Positions 36,989 through 46,640 of a DNA stretch of 64,000 nt are shown here, in pieces. The notes beneath the pieces were generated by a model that saw only the letters and a program-made list of their open reading frames with translations, was not told the origin of the DNA and ran no database searches. Position numbers and translations under genes: made by a program. The first letter of the stretch is position 1; every line of letters starts with the position of its first letter. Source of the stretch: a virus (taxonomy: Duplodnaviria; Caudoviricetes); IMG/VR virus record IMGVR_UViG_3300021124_000003, positions 1 to 64,000 of that record; one strand, given 5' to 3'.

Positions 36989-37383
36989 TTGCTGTGCTTA
37001 GACGCAGCCGCCGCGGCTTGAGCCGCAAGCTGCGTGTTGTAGGACTGTACGAACGCCAGTACCGCCGGGGTGAGCGCGACGTCGATCTTGCACGCTGTGA
37101 CGAGTGCTGCCGGCTCCTGCACACCCGCATTCACCTGCAAGGCCAAGCACGCCGCGTCGGCAGCCTTCAGAACAGCCGTGGTGGTCGTCCAGAACGCTGG
37201 GCACCCGGTGAGAACGAAAGTAGCGAGGGCGAACGCCGGGAAGACGGCCCGCGTACGGTGCAGAACGACACCCTTGGCCGACACGAGGAGATTGAGAATC
37301 TTGGTAAGGATCGCAAGCATTGTCACCCAGCACGCGCTGGTGACCACGTTGGAGAGCCGCCGAGTCTTCGTCATAGAGAGCAC
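36985..37383 (-). CDS. Putative lipoprotein
   Basis: FALATFVLTG-C lipobox; true start uncertain. Confidence 0.6.
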   Translation of the reverse strand: MLSMTKTRRLSNVVTSACWVTMLAILTKILNLLVSAKGVVLHRTRAVFPAFALATFVLTGCPAFWTTTTAVLKAADAACLALQVNAGVQEPAALVTACKIDVALTPAVLAFVQSYNTQLAAQAAAAASKHSK

Positions 37384-37434
37384 CTGTGTCTTTCGGTTGC
37401 AGAGCTTAGCTCTTGGTTCAGCAAGTCTTTTGCG

Positions 37435-37851
37435 TCACTCGTTGACGCGAGCGTTGATCACGCTGCCAGCCCCGTAGCCTTGACCAAGACCGGGACGCTG
37501 GTCGAACGGATTCGGGGGGCATGCGAGCATATTTGCGAGAGTAGTTTGAAAGTACAAGTAATGTTCTCGCAGATAACGAAATTCCTTGAGGTTGATACCA
37601 ATCTCATCAACATGGGTAGCCGCGAGATTTGGGCGATCTGTGATCATCTGGCACTCGATCATATCTAGCTGATCTAACACCCACACGAACTTCTGCTCAG
37701 CTTGTGGGAGCACATTGTTCAGTGCTCCTTCGATCATAAACTGAGTTTGGATAGCGGCTGGCACACCGAGATTGAATGTGTAGGCCGAAGCAATCTGCAC
37801 GTACCCGAGATGATACCTGGCCCTAACCTTGTCAGACTCAGCTATGGTCAC
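37435..37851 (-). CDS. Head-tail adaptor/connector protein
   Basis: DKVRARYHLGY N-terminus and size typical of adaptor proteins. Confidence 0.6.
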   Translation of the reverse strand: MTIAESDKVRARYHLGYVQIASAYTFNLGVPAAIQTQFMIEGALNNVLPQAEQKFVWVLDQLDMIECQMITDRPNLAATHVDEIGINLKEFRYLREHYLYFQTTLANMLACPPNPFDQRPGLGQGYGAGSVINARVNE

Positions 37852-37863
37852 GGTACACCCTCT

Positions 37864-38169
37864 TTACGACCGACCGGATCTCCGCGACAAGGACACAAAA
37901 TCCCCGTTGGTGGACCCGTGAAGAGAGTTTACCACGTTCCCTGGGGAAACCTCAGAGCAGTGTGGACAAGACTTTGGGCAGGCGCCCATCATCTCGACAG
38001 GACGCTTTGTGTCCAGGCGTCGTAGTTGACCCTCGCGGATCGAGAACTCGTCCTCACACGAGGACAGCAGCTCGCAGTATTGACGCCGCCATGTTCCCCC
38101 CGGTCGCTGCGCCTCCAGCGCCGGGGGAACAGGGAGCAGATACGTCGTACCTGCCCCCGGCGGAGTCAT
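37864..38169 (-). CDS. Hypothetical protein
   Basis: ATGA overlap with the upstream gene; CPHC motif. Confidence 0.5.
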   Translation of the reverse strand: MTPPGAGTTYLLPVPPALEAQRPGGTWRRQYCELLSSCEDEFSIREGQLRRLDTKRPVEMMGACPKSCPHCSEVSPGNVVNSLHGSTNGDFVSLSRRSGRS

Positions 38170-38504
38170 ACGATCTCTTCCAGATTAACGCCGTTACGGC
38201 GGAGATACTCGATGTCAGCCGCGCCCTCGACGATCTCTTTACCGGCGGAGATGACTTGGATCCCTCCGTCGTAGACGATGCTGGCTTGCTTCAGCACCCT
38301 AAACCGCCTGGGGGCGACGTAAGGGGAATGCACCAGAGGGTCTCGCCTAGACGTCACACCGCCGGCTGGGCCGATACCGGGGGGACTGCCGCTCGCCCCA
38401 CCCTTGGGGAGAGCCGACGTCGTGGGTGTGGCGGCGGGGGTGGGGGCTGCGTCAGGCAGCGTTGCGGGCGACGCCGCTGCGTTCTGTAGGCCAGGGCGTG
38501 CCAT
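38166..38504 (-). CDS. Hypothetical protein (Pro/Ala-rich N-terminus)
   Basis: Coupled ORF in the late operon. Confidence 0.6.
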   Translation of the reverse strand: MARPGLQNAAASPATLPDAAPTPAATPTTSALPKGGASGSPPGIGPAGGVTSRRDPLVHSPYVAPRRFRVLKQASIVYDGGIQVISAGKEIVEGAADIEYLRRNGVNLEEIV

Positions 38505-38507
38505 GGC

Positions 38508-38864
38508 CTAGTTTGCCTCGGGGGCCTGCGAGGCGGCTTCGGAGGCAGCTTGGGCTGCCGAGGCAGCCTTGTCCGCGGCGCGTGTGATTTTGCCAGTGGC
38601 GATGTCGACGTCATCGTCCGGCGCTAGATCGTATACTCGCCTAACGTGCGCCTGCTCCGCACGGATCTCATTCTGCGTCGTGATGAAGTCCGAGTTGATC
38701 TGCTTCGCTTGCATGCTGACGGTCATGCCCTGAGCGATAAGCCTGTTGGCCTTCTCCTCCAGAAACATGAGCTTGAACCGCTCGATGTCGGTAATGTACG
38801 TGGATCGGGTATCTGCCTTGTTGGCATTCTTCAGCTCGACCACGTTGCTCTTCTCTTCGTTCAT
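38508..38864 (-). CDS. Coiled-coil hypothetical protein
   Basis: GGAG ribosome-binding site; heptad-like pattern. Confidence 0.65.
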   Translation of the reverse strand: MNEEKSNVVELKNANKADTRSTYITDIERFKLMFLEEKANRLIAQGMTVSMQAKQINSDFITTQNEIRAEQAHVRRVYDLAPDDDVDIATGKITRAADKAASAAQAASEAASQAPEAN

Positions 38865-38921
38865 TCGTGTCTCCCAAGTGTTGTTGGACCCATCCCCAGA
38901 TGTGCCCTGTTACAGAGCTGC

Positions 38922-39284
38922 TCACGTTGATCCCGACGCCTCACCGGGGAGCATCTGCTCATCCAGCGCAGAGATAAACTTCACTGCGCCAGGTTCAGAC
39001 GGGAGCCCAAACCTATCCGCAACAAAGAGTACCAGGGACCGGAGATCCTGCAAGTTCAGTTTGTCCTTCTTAGCCATCGCCTGAAACGTCTCCAGGCGCA
39101 GCCCACAAGCGTCAGCGATGTCCTGCTCGCTGAATACAGCGACGGGATTGATCCCATCTACTCGACGCTCCCACCACTTCCCTGTCTTGACGTCCTGGCG
39201 TATAACAGAGTCCTCGCGGATCTGTAGCGGCTTACCCGGACGGGTTTGCCTGAACAACGCGCTGGCCGTCTTCTTCGGAGGCAT
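38922..39284 (-). CDS. Hypothetical protein (possible HTH)
   Basis: FSEQDIADACGLRLETF. Confidence 0.55.
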   Translation of the reverse strand: MPPKKTASALFRQTRPGKPLQIREDSVIRQDVKTGKWWERRVDGINPVAVFSEQDIADACGLRLETFQAMAKKDKLNLQDLRSLVLFVADRFGLPSEPGAVKFISALDEQMLPGEASGST

Positions 39285-39286
39285 CG

Positions 39287-39667
39287 TTAGCCGGCGTCAA
39301 TGTCTCGGCGGAGTTTGCCGGTCTTGAAGCTGACGCCGACAGCGCCGTATCGGTAGAGCACAGCGGTCAGCACACCATCAAAAGTGTCCTTGGTGTTCTT
39401 GATTTCTTGCTTGGTCACGGCAAGATCCTTCTCTGCACGCTCCAGAAGCAACTCCGCGATGATTTTGGCCCTCTCTGCGGAGTTCGATGCTGTCACGGCA
39501 TGCGCCCGACGCTCTTGGCAGAGCTGAAGCTCCAGCACCTCGGCAACAGCCGCGTACTTGGTCACAGACGGGTTCGCAGGTGCGCGGGAGCAGTGCGAAC
39601 CATCACATCCGCTGGGCTTGTTCGCTTCACCGTCCAAAATGCCGTGTCTAGGTTTGTGATCTTCCAT
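39287..39667 (-). CDS. Coiled-coil hypothetical protein
   Basis: AAGGAGAGG ribosome-binding site. Confidence 0.6.
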   Translation of the reverse strand: MEDHKPRHGILDGEANKPSGCDGSHCSRAPANPSVTKYAAVAEVLELQLCQERRAHAVTASNSAERAKIIAELLLERAEKDLAVTKQEIKNTKDTFDGVLTAVLYRYGAVGVSFKTGKLRRDIDAG

Positions 39668-39712
39668 GCGCCTCTCCTTCGGTCAGGGAGACTACCACCA
39701 TGCGACACGATG

Positions 39713-40450
39713 TCAAGCGCTGTCGTTGGTCCAGATGGCCTCAGTCGACCGGGTGAGCGTCTTACCCGCCACGAGGGCAGCACCACCCTTGAGCCTCCCT
39801 GGGCGAGTCTCCGCTGACAGTGGGGTGAATGGGAGCCACTTTGCCGTCTGCGACTCGCACACGGTCACTTGACCTCTACGGGACTTGCACCATGCGGCAA
39901 GATGAGTGAAGTCGATCGAGTTAGAGTTGTGCTTGTAGAAGCGACCGATAGGTCCCTCGTACGGAGGATCGATAAACCAACACGCTTCTACATTTGGAGC
40001 GGAATCGTACCCTCCCTCGACGATCTTCCAGTGCCGTATCCGAGCCATGTCCCGTGCGGTGCGAACACGCTTGTTATTGTCCCAGCCGGCTACGCCGTCG
40101 ATCTTCATCTCGCATGGGTGCTCAATGCCTGTGTTCATGCAAAACCCAATGACGACGAGAGCGCCTTCAGGGACCCATGCAGGTAGCTCGTCAATGTGGT
40201 GCTTGATGATCGGGATGCGTAGCGCCTCGGACGGCGGGGCTTGTGTGAGCCACCGCCATGCCTCGCAGATCAGTTCGTTCTTCTCCACGAGGGTCACGTC
40301 GAGGTGTGGGTAGTTACAAGAGAACCCAGCAGCGCCAGCAAACGGCTCGATGATGTGTGAAAAACGAGGCTTCGGGTAGGACCCGGCTAACCGCCACTTG
40401 GCCCCAAAGTACCTCCAAAACGGGTTGATCTTGGGAAGCTGCGTTGCCAT
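39713..40450 (-). CDS. Dam-like (alpha-class) DNA adenine methyltransferase
   Basis: YFGAKW, EPFAGAAG (motif I), IDPPY (motif IV); start placed at ATG 40450. Confidence 0.88.
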   Translation of the reverse strand: MATQLPKINPFWRYFGAKWRLAGSYPKPRFSHIIEPFAGAAGFSCNYPHLDVTLVEKNELICEAWRWLTQAPPSEALRIPIIKHHIDELPAWVPEGALVVIGFCMNTGIEHPCEMKIDGVAGWDNNKRVRTARDMARIRHWKIVEGGYDSAPNVEACWFIDPPYEGPIGRFYKHNSNSIDFTHLAAWCKSRRGQVTVCESQTAKWLPFTPLSAETRPGRLKGGAALVAGKTLTRSTEAIWTNDSA

Positions 40451-40451
40451 G

Positions 40452-41186
40452 TCATCCTCGGACGAACAATCGTTCCACACGCAGAGATCGTTTAGCCGTC
40501 GCGTGCTTTTCTGCAAGCTGTAACCGAGCGTGGCTACTTCGTTCAGCTAGGACTCGCCACCCTTTTGGGGCAGAGACCTCCGAGACGACGACAGTGGCTC
40601 CGCGCTCTGACCACTTCGTGGCGGTCTCCCAAAACTCGTCCGAGTTGAAGGGGGCTACACCCTTGTACGTCTCTGTGCCTGCGTAGGGTGGATCGCAGTA
40701 GACGAACGTACGCTTGTCGGGGCTGTGGTCCCGGTAGTCTGCTTGCCTAAGATCGTTAACATCGGCGAGGTACGGGCGCAGTGAAGCTACTGACCGCTGG
40801 GCTTCACTGATATGATCGCGCACACTTCCGTCGCTTTTACCGTGGTTAATTGGGTGGGTGTACCCGCCGAACCACTTACCGCCAAAGCTGCAAGCAAAAC
40901 CAGCAAACCCACGCAAAGCACTTGGGATAGGATCGGCTTTAAGCGCGTTGTACTGCGCTAGGCTCACGAACGGGGGTTTCCACCCACCACGCACAGCCTG
41001 CCACATTAGGATGAGATCCGGGTTGGCGTCTGTTGCAGTCAGGTGTGCGAAGTGCTGGGAAAGACTCCTGAACACAGCGCATGAGCCTAGAAACGGCTCA
41101 AGGTAGCGGCTACGGGAGTCAGCTACGGACATCGCGTAGGTCGTTACCCACTTCGCGATCGTAGCTTTGCCGCCTAAGTAGTGCAT
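40452..41186 (-). CDS. Dam-like (alpha-class) DNA adenine methyltransferase
   Basis: YLGGK, EPFLGS, DANPDLI, YCDPPY. Confidence 0.92.
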   Translation of the reverse strand: MHYLGGKATIAKWVTTYAMSVADSRSRYLEPFLGSCAVFRSLSQHFAHLTATDANPDLILMWQAVRGGWKPPFVSLAQYNALKADPIPSALRGFAGFACSFGGKWFGGYTHPINHGKSDGSVRDHISEAQRSVASLRPYLADVNDLRQADYRDHSPDKRTFVYCDPPYAGTETYKGVAPFNSDEFWETATKWSERGATVVVSEVSAPKGWRVLAERSSHARLQLAEKHATAKRSLRVERLFVRG

Positions 41187-41263
41187 AGAAAAAGACTCGC
41201 GTCCTAGCTATCTTGCCGATAGATGAGACGCGAGGGCATGGGTGGGTCCATACTGAAGAGAGG

Positions 41264-41674
41264 TTACTCCGTTCGACACGAGCGCGCAAGGGTCTGCGCG
41301 CCACCCAGTGATATGCTTCCAGAGAGGATCTTACCTAGGTGCAGCCGGAGATTGGGGTTGTACTGCTTCCAGTTGTCCCCGTGGCCGATCAGCAGATGGC
41401 AGCGATTGCTGTCCATGCACAAAGTGACGAGGTTCGCGTCGTCCAGCTCAAGCTCTGGGTGTAAGTGGAATGGGGATACGTGATGCACCTGTAGGTGCAT
41501 GTGTGCGCCGCAAGCGTCGCAGGCAGGGTGTGCGGCAAGGTGCGCCTTTTCTACCTTCGGCCAGTGGGGGGAGCGCTTGTGTGCGTCGTGCGGCTTACTC
41601 GCCCGGGAAAGGGCTGCGTGAAGTGCTAGCGGTGCGGCGGCTAGGACTTGGAGGAACGTTCGACGAGCCATCAT
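41264..41674 (-). CDS. HNH endonuclease with twin-arginine-like N-terminus
   Basis: CDACG...VHHVSPF...NLVTLC...CHLLIGH; the N-terminus reads MMARRTFLQVLAAAPLALHAA. Confidence 0.85.
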   Translation of the reverse strand: MMARRTFLQVLAAAPLALHAALSRASKPHDAHKRSPHWPKVEKAHLAAHPACDACGAHMHLQVHHVSPFHLHPELELDDANLVTLCMDSNRCHLLIGHGDNWKQYNPNLRLHLGKILSGSISLGGAQTLARSCRTE

Positions 41675-41680
41675 GCGAGC

Positions 41681-41947
41681 TTACCACCTCTCGTGCGACG
41701 ACGGATGCCGGCTTTGTGGATACGTGGCGGCACGGATGACACGGAGGATTTGAGGCAGCGTCGCGGTTTCCGGGGCAGCGGGGCCTTTCAAGGCAAAGCC
41801 GCGGCGCTTCTTTTCGTTGCGTGTACGATCGTTTTCACACACGTCACACAACGAGCAAAGCCGGTCAGAGCCCTTCTTTGGGAAGGACTCGACCGGCTTC
41901 TCTTGTTTGCAGCGCGTGCAGACTTTGCTGCGAATCTCTTCAGGCAT
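41681..41947 (-). CDS. Small zinc-finger protein
   Basis: KVCTRCKQEKPVESF...CSLCDVC. Confidence 0.7.
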   Translation of the reverse strand: MPEEIRSKVCTRCKQEKPVESFPKKGSDRLCSLCDVCENDRTRNEKKRRGFALKGPAAPETATLPQILRVIRAATYPQSRHPSSHERW

Positions 41948-42011
41948 TCCACGACGGTACCACCGTTAAGCGGTACCGTCAGGTGTTAGCTTCACGCCTA
42001 AAGAATTACGC

Positions 42012-43403
42012 CTAAGTTGCAAATTCAACCACACACGCCCTTCGGAACCGTTGTGAACCGCCGGGGGCTGTGATGTCGCTCGGGACCGGGAAGCTCGTGC
42101 TGATCGACCACGAGCTGGAGACCGTCTGCTGGAGGCGGTCGAGCGGGGCGCGCATGATGAGGCGGATTCGCTCGGTGAGGATGTTGATGCCGTTGTTCAC
42201 GACATCGAACTCGCCGATCTTGCCCGTCGTGCCGGCCTCGGTCACGTACTGCGACTCGTCAATGTACCGCTCGTAGATCGAGCCCTTGCCAGTGACGATC
42301 ATACGACCGATGTTGACACCGTTACCGTTGACAACCTCGGCACCAAGCTCCGGGGAGTAGTAGCCGCCGCCCGAGGTCGGGACGAGCGTGCCGGTGTTCG
42401 TGGTATCGGGAGCTTCCGTGTTCATGAAGAACATGATCCCCGAGATGGTGCCGATGAAGCCTTCCTTGTAGATGACGTGCTCGGGGAGGCTCTGGTTGAG
42501 CCGCTGGAACACGGGATCGGCGAAGAACTGGCTGTTACCGAGCGGCGAAACGTGCGCGTGGTAGAACCCGTCGTCGTGCGGCTGCACGTTGGACCGACGG
42601 AGGAACGCAACAGCGTTGATCGCAGCCTGGAGTGTGAGCGTGTCGGACGGGCCGATCGCATCGATCGACGAGCCGAGCGCGGTACGAACCACGCGAGGAG
42701 CGTAGATGCTGAGCACAACCGAGCGCGCCGCGAACGCGGTGCCGATGGCGCCAGAGAGCGTGAGCGTGCCGACACCGAGCGGGTCCGCCGGGTTGTCCGG
42801 CTGAGCACCGATGACCGATGCCGTAACCGCACCCGAACCGACCCCGAGGGTGATGGGCAGCGGGTAGCTGGGGGAGACGTTCTGCGGGGCGACGTTGGAC
42901 CCCGGGATCACGACGTCCGTGAAGCCGTTGATCGCGGAGACGCGGAGCGTGGTATCCGAGGTGAGGCACGCCGAGAGGAGCACCGTCTGACCGGAAAGGT
43001 ACGCCTGGAACATCGCGTTACGAGCGATGCGGTTGATCGACTGGCCAGCCTGGAGACCGAGCTGATGCAGGTTGCGGAGGAACAGGTTCGCCATCGCCGT
43101 TGTCGACGTGGGCATGTTGGTATCGATCGTTCCGCTGAACTGGCCTAGCGTAGCGACCCACTGCTCGAAGGGGATGACCTGCGGGATGGGGTCCTGACCG
43201 GGGACGAGCGGGGTAGTGATCACGCCGAGGAGACCCGGGCGCGACATCGTGATGCTTTGCCCTGTATTCGCAGGCCATTCTTCCGCAAGAGCCTCGGCGC
43301 GGTACGCCAGGTTCGGGTAGAGACCGTCGTGGAACGCCCTTTCAAGCAATCCGGCTTGATTGAGGCTCAAGACCGATGCCGGGACACCAAGAATGATCGA
43401 CAT
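42012..43403 (-). CDS. Major capsid protein
   Basis: 463 aa in the head module, with strong GC3 bias suggesting high expression. LERAFHDGL...GQSITMSRPG...QAGQSINRIARN resembles N4-gp56-type capsid proteins. Confidence 0.85.
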   Translation of the reverse strand: MSIILGVPASVLSLNQAGLLERAFHDGLYPNLAYRAEALAEEWPANTGQSITMSRPGLLGVITTPLVPGQDPIPQVIPFEQWVATLGQFSGTIDTNMPTSTTAMANLFLRNLHQLGLQAGQSINRIARNAMFQAYLSGQTVLLSACLTSDTTLRVSAINGFTDVVIPGSNVAPQNVSPSYPLPITLGVGSGAVTASVIGAQPDNPADPLGVGTLTLSGAIGTAFAARSVVLSIYAPRVVRTALGSSIDAIGPSDTLTLQAAINAVAFLRRSNVQPHDDGFYHAHVSPLGNSQFFADPVFQRLNQSLPEHVIYKEGFIGTISGIMFFMNTEAPDTTNTGTLVPTSGGGYYSPELGAEVVNGNGVNIGRMIVTGKGSIYERYIDESQYVTEAGTTGKIGEFDVVNNGINILTERIRLIMRAPLDRLQQTVSSSWSISTSFPVPSDITAPGGSQRFRRACVVEFAT

Positions 43404-43872
43404 TTTACACCTGTCTTTTCAGACTGAAAACGGAGGTTGGAGTCAACCTTCTACGTTTCGCTCGGTGCCACCCTGATTTACCGCCGGGTGTGTCCGCGTG
43501 ATGAGCTACTTCGATGAAGACCTAGCTACCTTAGCACATCTTTTTGCCTCTTATCGCTTTAGAGCAAGATCCATCAGCTTAGCTCGTGTCACATGGTACA
43601 CTTAGCGATGCCAAGCACGACGCGCGAGCAGCCAGCGGTCCAGTCTGTAGCCCTAGACGAACTGCAAACATGGACGGACCGCCCGCCCCCAACAACGGCG
43701 TGGGAACGCCCGCACGTTGTTGTTGAAGGCGTCGTGTCGTGGTGGGCGGCGTCGATCGTAAACGTGCTGCTCGGTGCTGCCGCTTACGTGATCCTCGCCC
43801 GCTGGGTCTTCTGAAAGCACAGCGTGTGGACCAGCCCGAAAGGGAGCCAGCCCACACTGCCGGGGATTGGCG

Positions 43873-44439
43873 CTAGTACGCCTTGGAATGACTCTTCGGG
43901 AAGGCCCCGAACGGGTACCACTTGCTCACACCATCCGTGCAGTAGGACCGCACGTCGTTGAGCGTCATCGTGGTTGTGAGTGCGTTAGCGATCGTGTCGG
44001 ACCCGGCAGGGTTCACAGTAACCACGTACGGGTACGGGGTGATGTTGCTTAGCCAAAGCCGCGTGCCCGCTGCCGCGCTCGAAGCTGCCGGCAGTGTCAC
44101 GGTGACGTTGGCGGTGCCGAGGATGTTGTAGGCGTTTCCTAGTGCCGCTGTGAAGGAGGCAACCTCGGACACCTGGGGAGGAAGCTGGTAGATGGAGAGC
44201 GGGTTGAAGTCGGAGACACCAGGGATGCCACCGGACTGCCCCGCTGCGTCGTACCTCGCCATCCTGTTCGCGATGATCGCAGAGAGCGTGTTGGTCGTGT
44301 AAGCGACCAGGACACCCCCCGCCGCGAGGATCGGGCCGAGGGGTGTCACGGTATCTTGGATCAGCTCGCCAGCCTGGAGAACCTCCGCACCGTTGATTCC
44401 CAGAATTGTGATCTGACTGAGTAGTACCCAAGTCGCCAT
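43873..44439 (-). CDS. Head-module structural protein
   Basis: Between scaffold and capsid genes; VTVTLPAASS...VTVNPAGSDTI fibre-like repeat. Confidence 0.6.
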   Translation of the reverse strand: MATWVLLSQITILGINGAEVLQAGELIQDTVTPLGPILAAGGVLVAYTTNTLSAIIANRMARYDAAGQSGGIPGVSDFNPLSIYQLPPQVSEVASFTAALGNAYNILGTANVTVTLPAASSAAAGTRLWLSNITPYPYVVTVNPAGSDTIANALTTTMTLNDVRSYCTDGVSKWYPFGAFPKSHSKAY

Positions 44440-44477
44440 GGTCGTGTTCCTTATGTGGTGTAGGGCAGGATACTATC

Positions 44478-45317
44478 CTACCACGAGTACCCTAGCCTGC
44501 GCGCGGCAGCCCTGGCGTCCTGCGGACTCATGCTGTTTTGCCCGCCAGGCTTGAAACTCTTCTGTTCTTCGACACCCGTAGAGGGTGACTTCTCGGGAGC
44601 TTTGGCGCCGTTCGTGAGAGGCGCCTTGGCCGGAGCTTTCTCGGCTGCCTTGGCCGTGTCGTAGTCCTTGGACAGCTTCGGCTTGGCCTTAGCAAGATCC
44701 TCGAAGAACTTCTCGATGTCAGAGTCCTTGAGCTTTTCGAGCTGGGCTTCGGTGAAGTTCTCTTGGAGATGCCGAGCGAGCTTGGGGAGGGTATCCTCTA
44801 CATAATCCGCGTCGATGTACTTACCGGCGATCTTGGAGATGCGCGCGTCTTCCTTCTCGACGATGTGCTGCTCCTGCATCGCCTTGTACGACCGCTTAGC
44901 TTCGTCACGCTCGGATCGAAGCCGCGCCGTGTCAGCCTTGTGCTTCTCTAGCTCGGTCATCTCCGCGCGTTTACGGGTCTCCTCGTCCGCCTCGAACTTG
45001 GCGAGACGGTCAAGTTTGCCCTTGATGTCGTCGAAGTCCTCCGTACCGAACTTCTCACGGAGCTGCTTCTTGGTGTAACGATCGAGCCTGGCGGTAAGGG
45101 CACGGGGGCTAAGCTCCAAAAGCTCTGCCCCCTCGGGGATTTCATCCCCAGCCTCAAGCCGGGTCTTGATGGACGCGGCATTGGACGGCTTAGCCGTATC
45201 AGACGGATCCGGTGCCTTGGTCTGTACCGCGGAAGTAGCGGCCATGGGGGCGGAAGCAGCGGATTTATCCCCGCCGGCAGCCTCCCCCGTGGTGGTTGTT
45301 GTTTGCGCCTCAGTCAT
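44478..45317 (-). CDS. Capsid scaffolding protein
   Basis: Charged coiled coil KRAEMTELEK, with flexible N- and C-termini. Confidence 0.8.
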   Translation of the reverse strand: MTEAQTTTTTGEAAGGDKSAASAPMAATSAVQTKAPDPSDTAKPSNAASIKTRLEAGDEIPEGAELLELSPRALTARLDRYTKKQLREKFGTEDFDDIKGKLDRLAKFEADEETRKRAEMTELEKHKADTARLRSERDEAKRSYKAMQEQHIVEKEDARISKIAGKYIDADYVEDTLPKLARHLQENFTEAQLEKLKDSDIEKFFEDLAKAKPKLSKDYDTAKAAEKAPAKAPLTNGAKAPEKSPSTGVEEQKSFKPGGQNSMSPQDARAAARRLGYSW

Positions 45318-45360
45318 GTGTTTCGCCTCGTAGTGGTGCGCTATCTACCGTAGTGGTAGA

Positions 45361-46164
45361 TCAGCCGAAGTTGCTGGTAGCGGTGAGCAGCGCATTGACG
45401 TCAATCGCCGACACGATACCGAGCTTGAGCGTCACCTGCGAGACCGCATCGGCGACGAGGAACTGCACGGCCGTCTTCGCGAAGTTGAGCGCGCAGTGGC
45501 CCGACACGATGTTTGCGAGGATCGTGCCGACAGGATCGATCTTGGCGGCACCAGTGACCGTACCAAGCGTTACGTTGCACTCCATGAGCGAGACCGCGCC
45601 GGAAGCGAGAAGCTGGCCAGCAGCCGTGGGCAGCGTGAGGATGCCAGTTCCGGGGACGACCGGGAACGTTCCGACGAAGACGTCCTGCTTCTCGGGGAGG
45701 TACATCACGTCGACAGCAGTCCAAGCGTCCGCCGAAGCGAAGGCGAGGTCGCCGTTGGGGGCGATGGCGACATGGCCCGCAGCCGGAGCGACGAAGGCGA
45801 CGCCTGTCGCGAGCGCAGCCGTGACCGAGAGCGGGCCGACCGTGCCGGATCCAGCACGAGCGTAGGCAGCGAGGATACCGCCAGGGGCCACCGGGAAGGA
45901 CGCGGTGCCGCCCGGGGTTGCCATGCACTTCGCATCATCAGGGAGAACGATGGTCTGCGTCGATGAAACCTGCGGGCAAAGCTGCCCAAGGCTGTTCGGA
46001 ACCGTCGCCGAAGGGGTCGTAGGCACGCCGTTGCGAACCCAGGTCGGAAGGGCGCGAATGACGTCACCGAAGCCCATGGCTCGGAGAGCGTCCATCATGG
46101 TGTTGAGGTCAGCGCGATCGAGCGCAACCTTCAGTGAGTTCGGCTGGATCGAACTGATCGTCAT
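45361..46164 (-). CDS. Putative head decoration protein
   Basis: Ala/Gly/Val/Thr-rich with high-expression codon bias, in the head module. Confidence 0.6.
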   Translation of the reverse strand: MTISSIQPNSLKVALDRADLNTMMDALRAMGFGDVIRALPTWVRNGVPTTPSATVPNSLGQLCPQVSSTQTIVLPDDAKCMATPGGTASFPVAPGGILAAYARAGSGTVGPLSVTAALATGVAFVAPAAGHVAIAPNGDLAFASADAWTAVDVMYLPEKQDVFVGTFPVVPGTGILTLPTAAGQLLASGAVSLMECNVTLGTVTGAAKIDPVGTILANIVSGHCALNFAKTAVQFLVADAVSQVTLKLGIVSAIDVNALLTATSNFG

Positions 46165-46201
46165 TGTCTGGATCTCCTACGTGTCTCTGTTGAACCTGAA
46201 G

Positions 46202-46633
46202 TTAGCTGTTGCCGTAGGCGGAGTATTCCACCTGACCGGCGCCCTGACATTCTAGCAGCGTGAGCGGAAGTGCCGGCTGGAACTCTAGCACCAACATCCC
46301 CTGCACCGGAATTGTTGACGTGTAGATCACTGTTGTTGTTGCAACTGTGGTGAACGTCAACCGAAACAGCATCGGTACGAGGGTGTGCAGTACAAGCGTG
46401 TGTGCCTGTGTGACCTGCCCAATACCCGTTGGGTTTGTGATCCCAGGGAGCGTCACAAACGCCGACGGGGAATTGACGTTGATCGAGGCGTCCCCGGTCG
46501 TTACCGCGAAAGGCTTATTCTCTGGGAGAAGCGTAATCGGAACGTTGCTCGTGCCGGTCGGCAAACCCCCAGCGTCTCCCGCGTTGCACGGGCCAGCGAG
46601 TAGCGCGCCGGTAAGGTTTACAGAGATAGGCAC
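46202..46633 (-). CDS. Putative structural protein
   Basis: Beta-rich 143 aa in the head module. Confidence 0.55.
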   Translation of the reverse strand: MPISVNLTGALLAGPCNAGDAGGLPTGTSNVPITLLPENKPFAVTTGDASINVNSPSAFVTLPGITNPTGIGQVTQAHTLVLHTLVPMLFRLTFTTVATTTVIYTSTIPVQGMLVLEFQPALPLTLLECQGAGQVEYSAYGNS

Positions 46634-46640
46634 GATCAGC

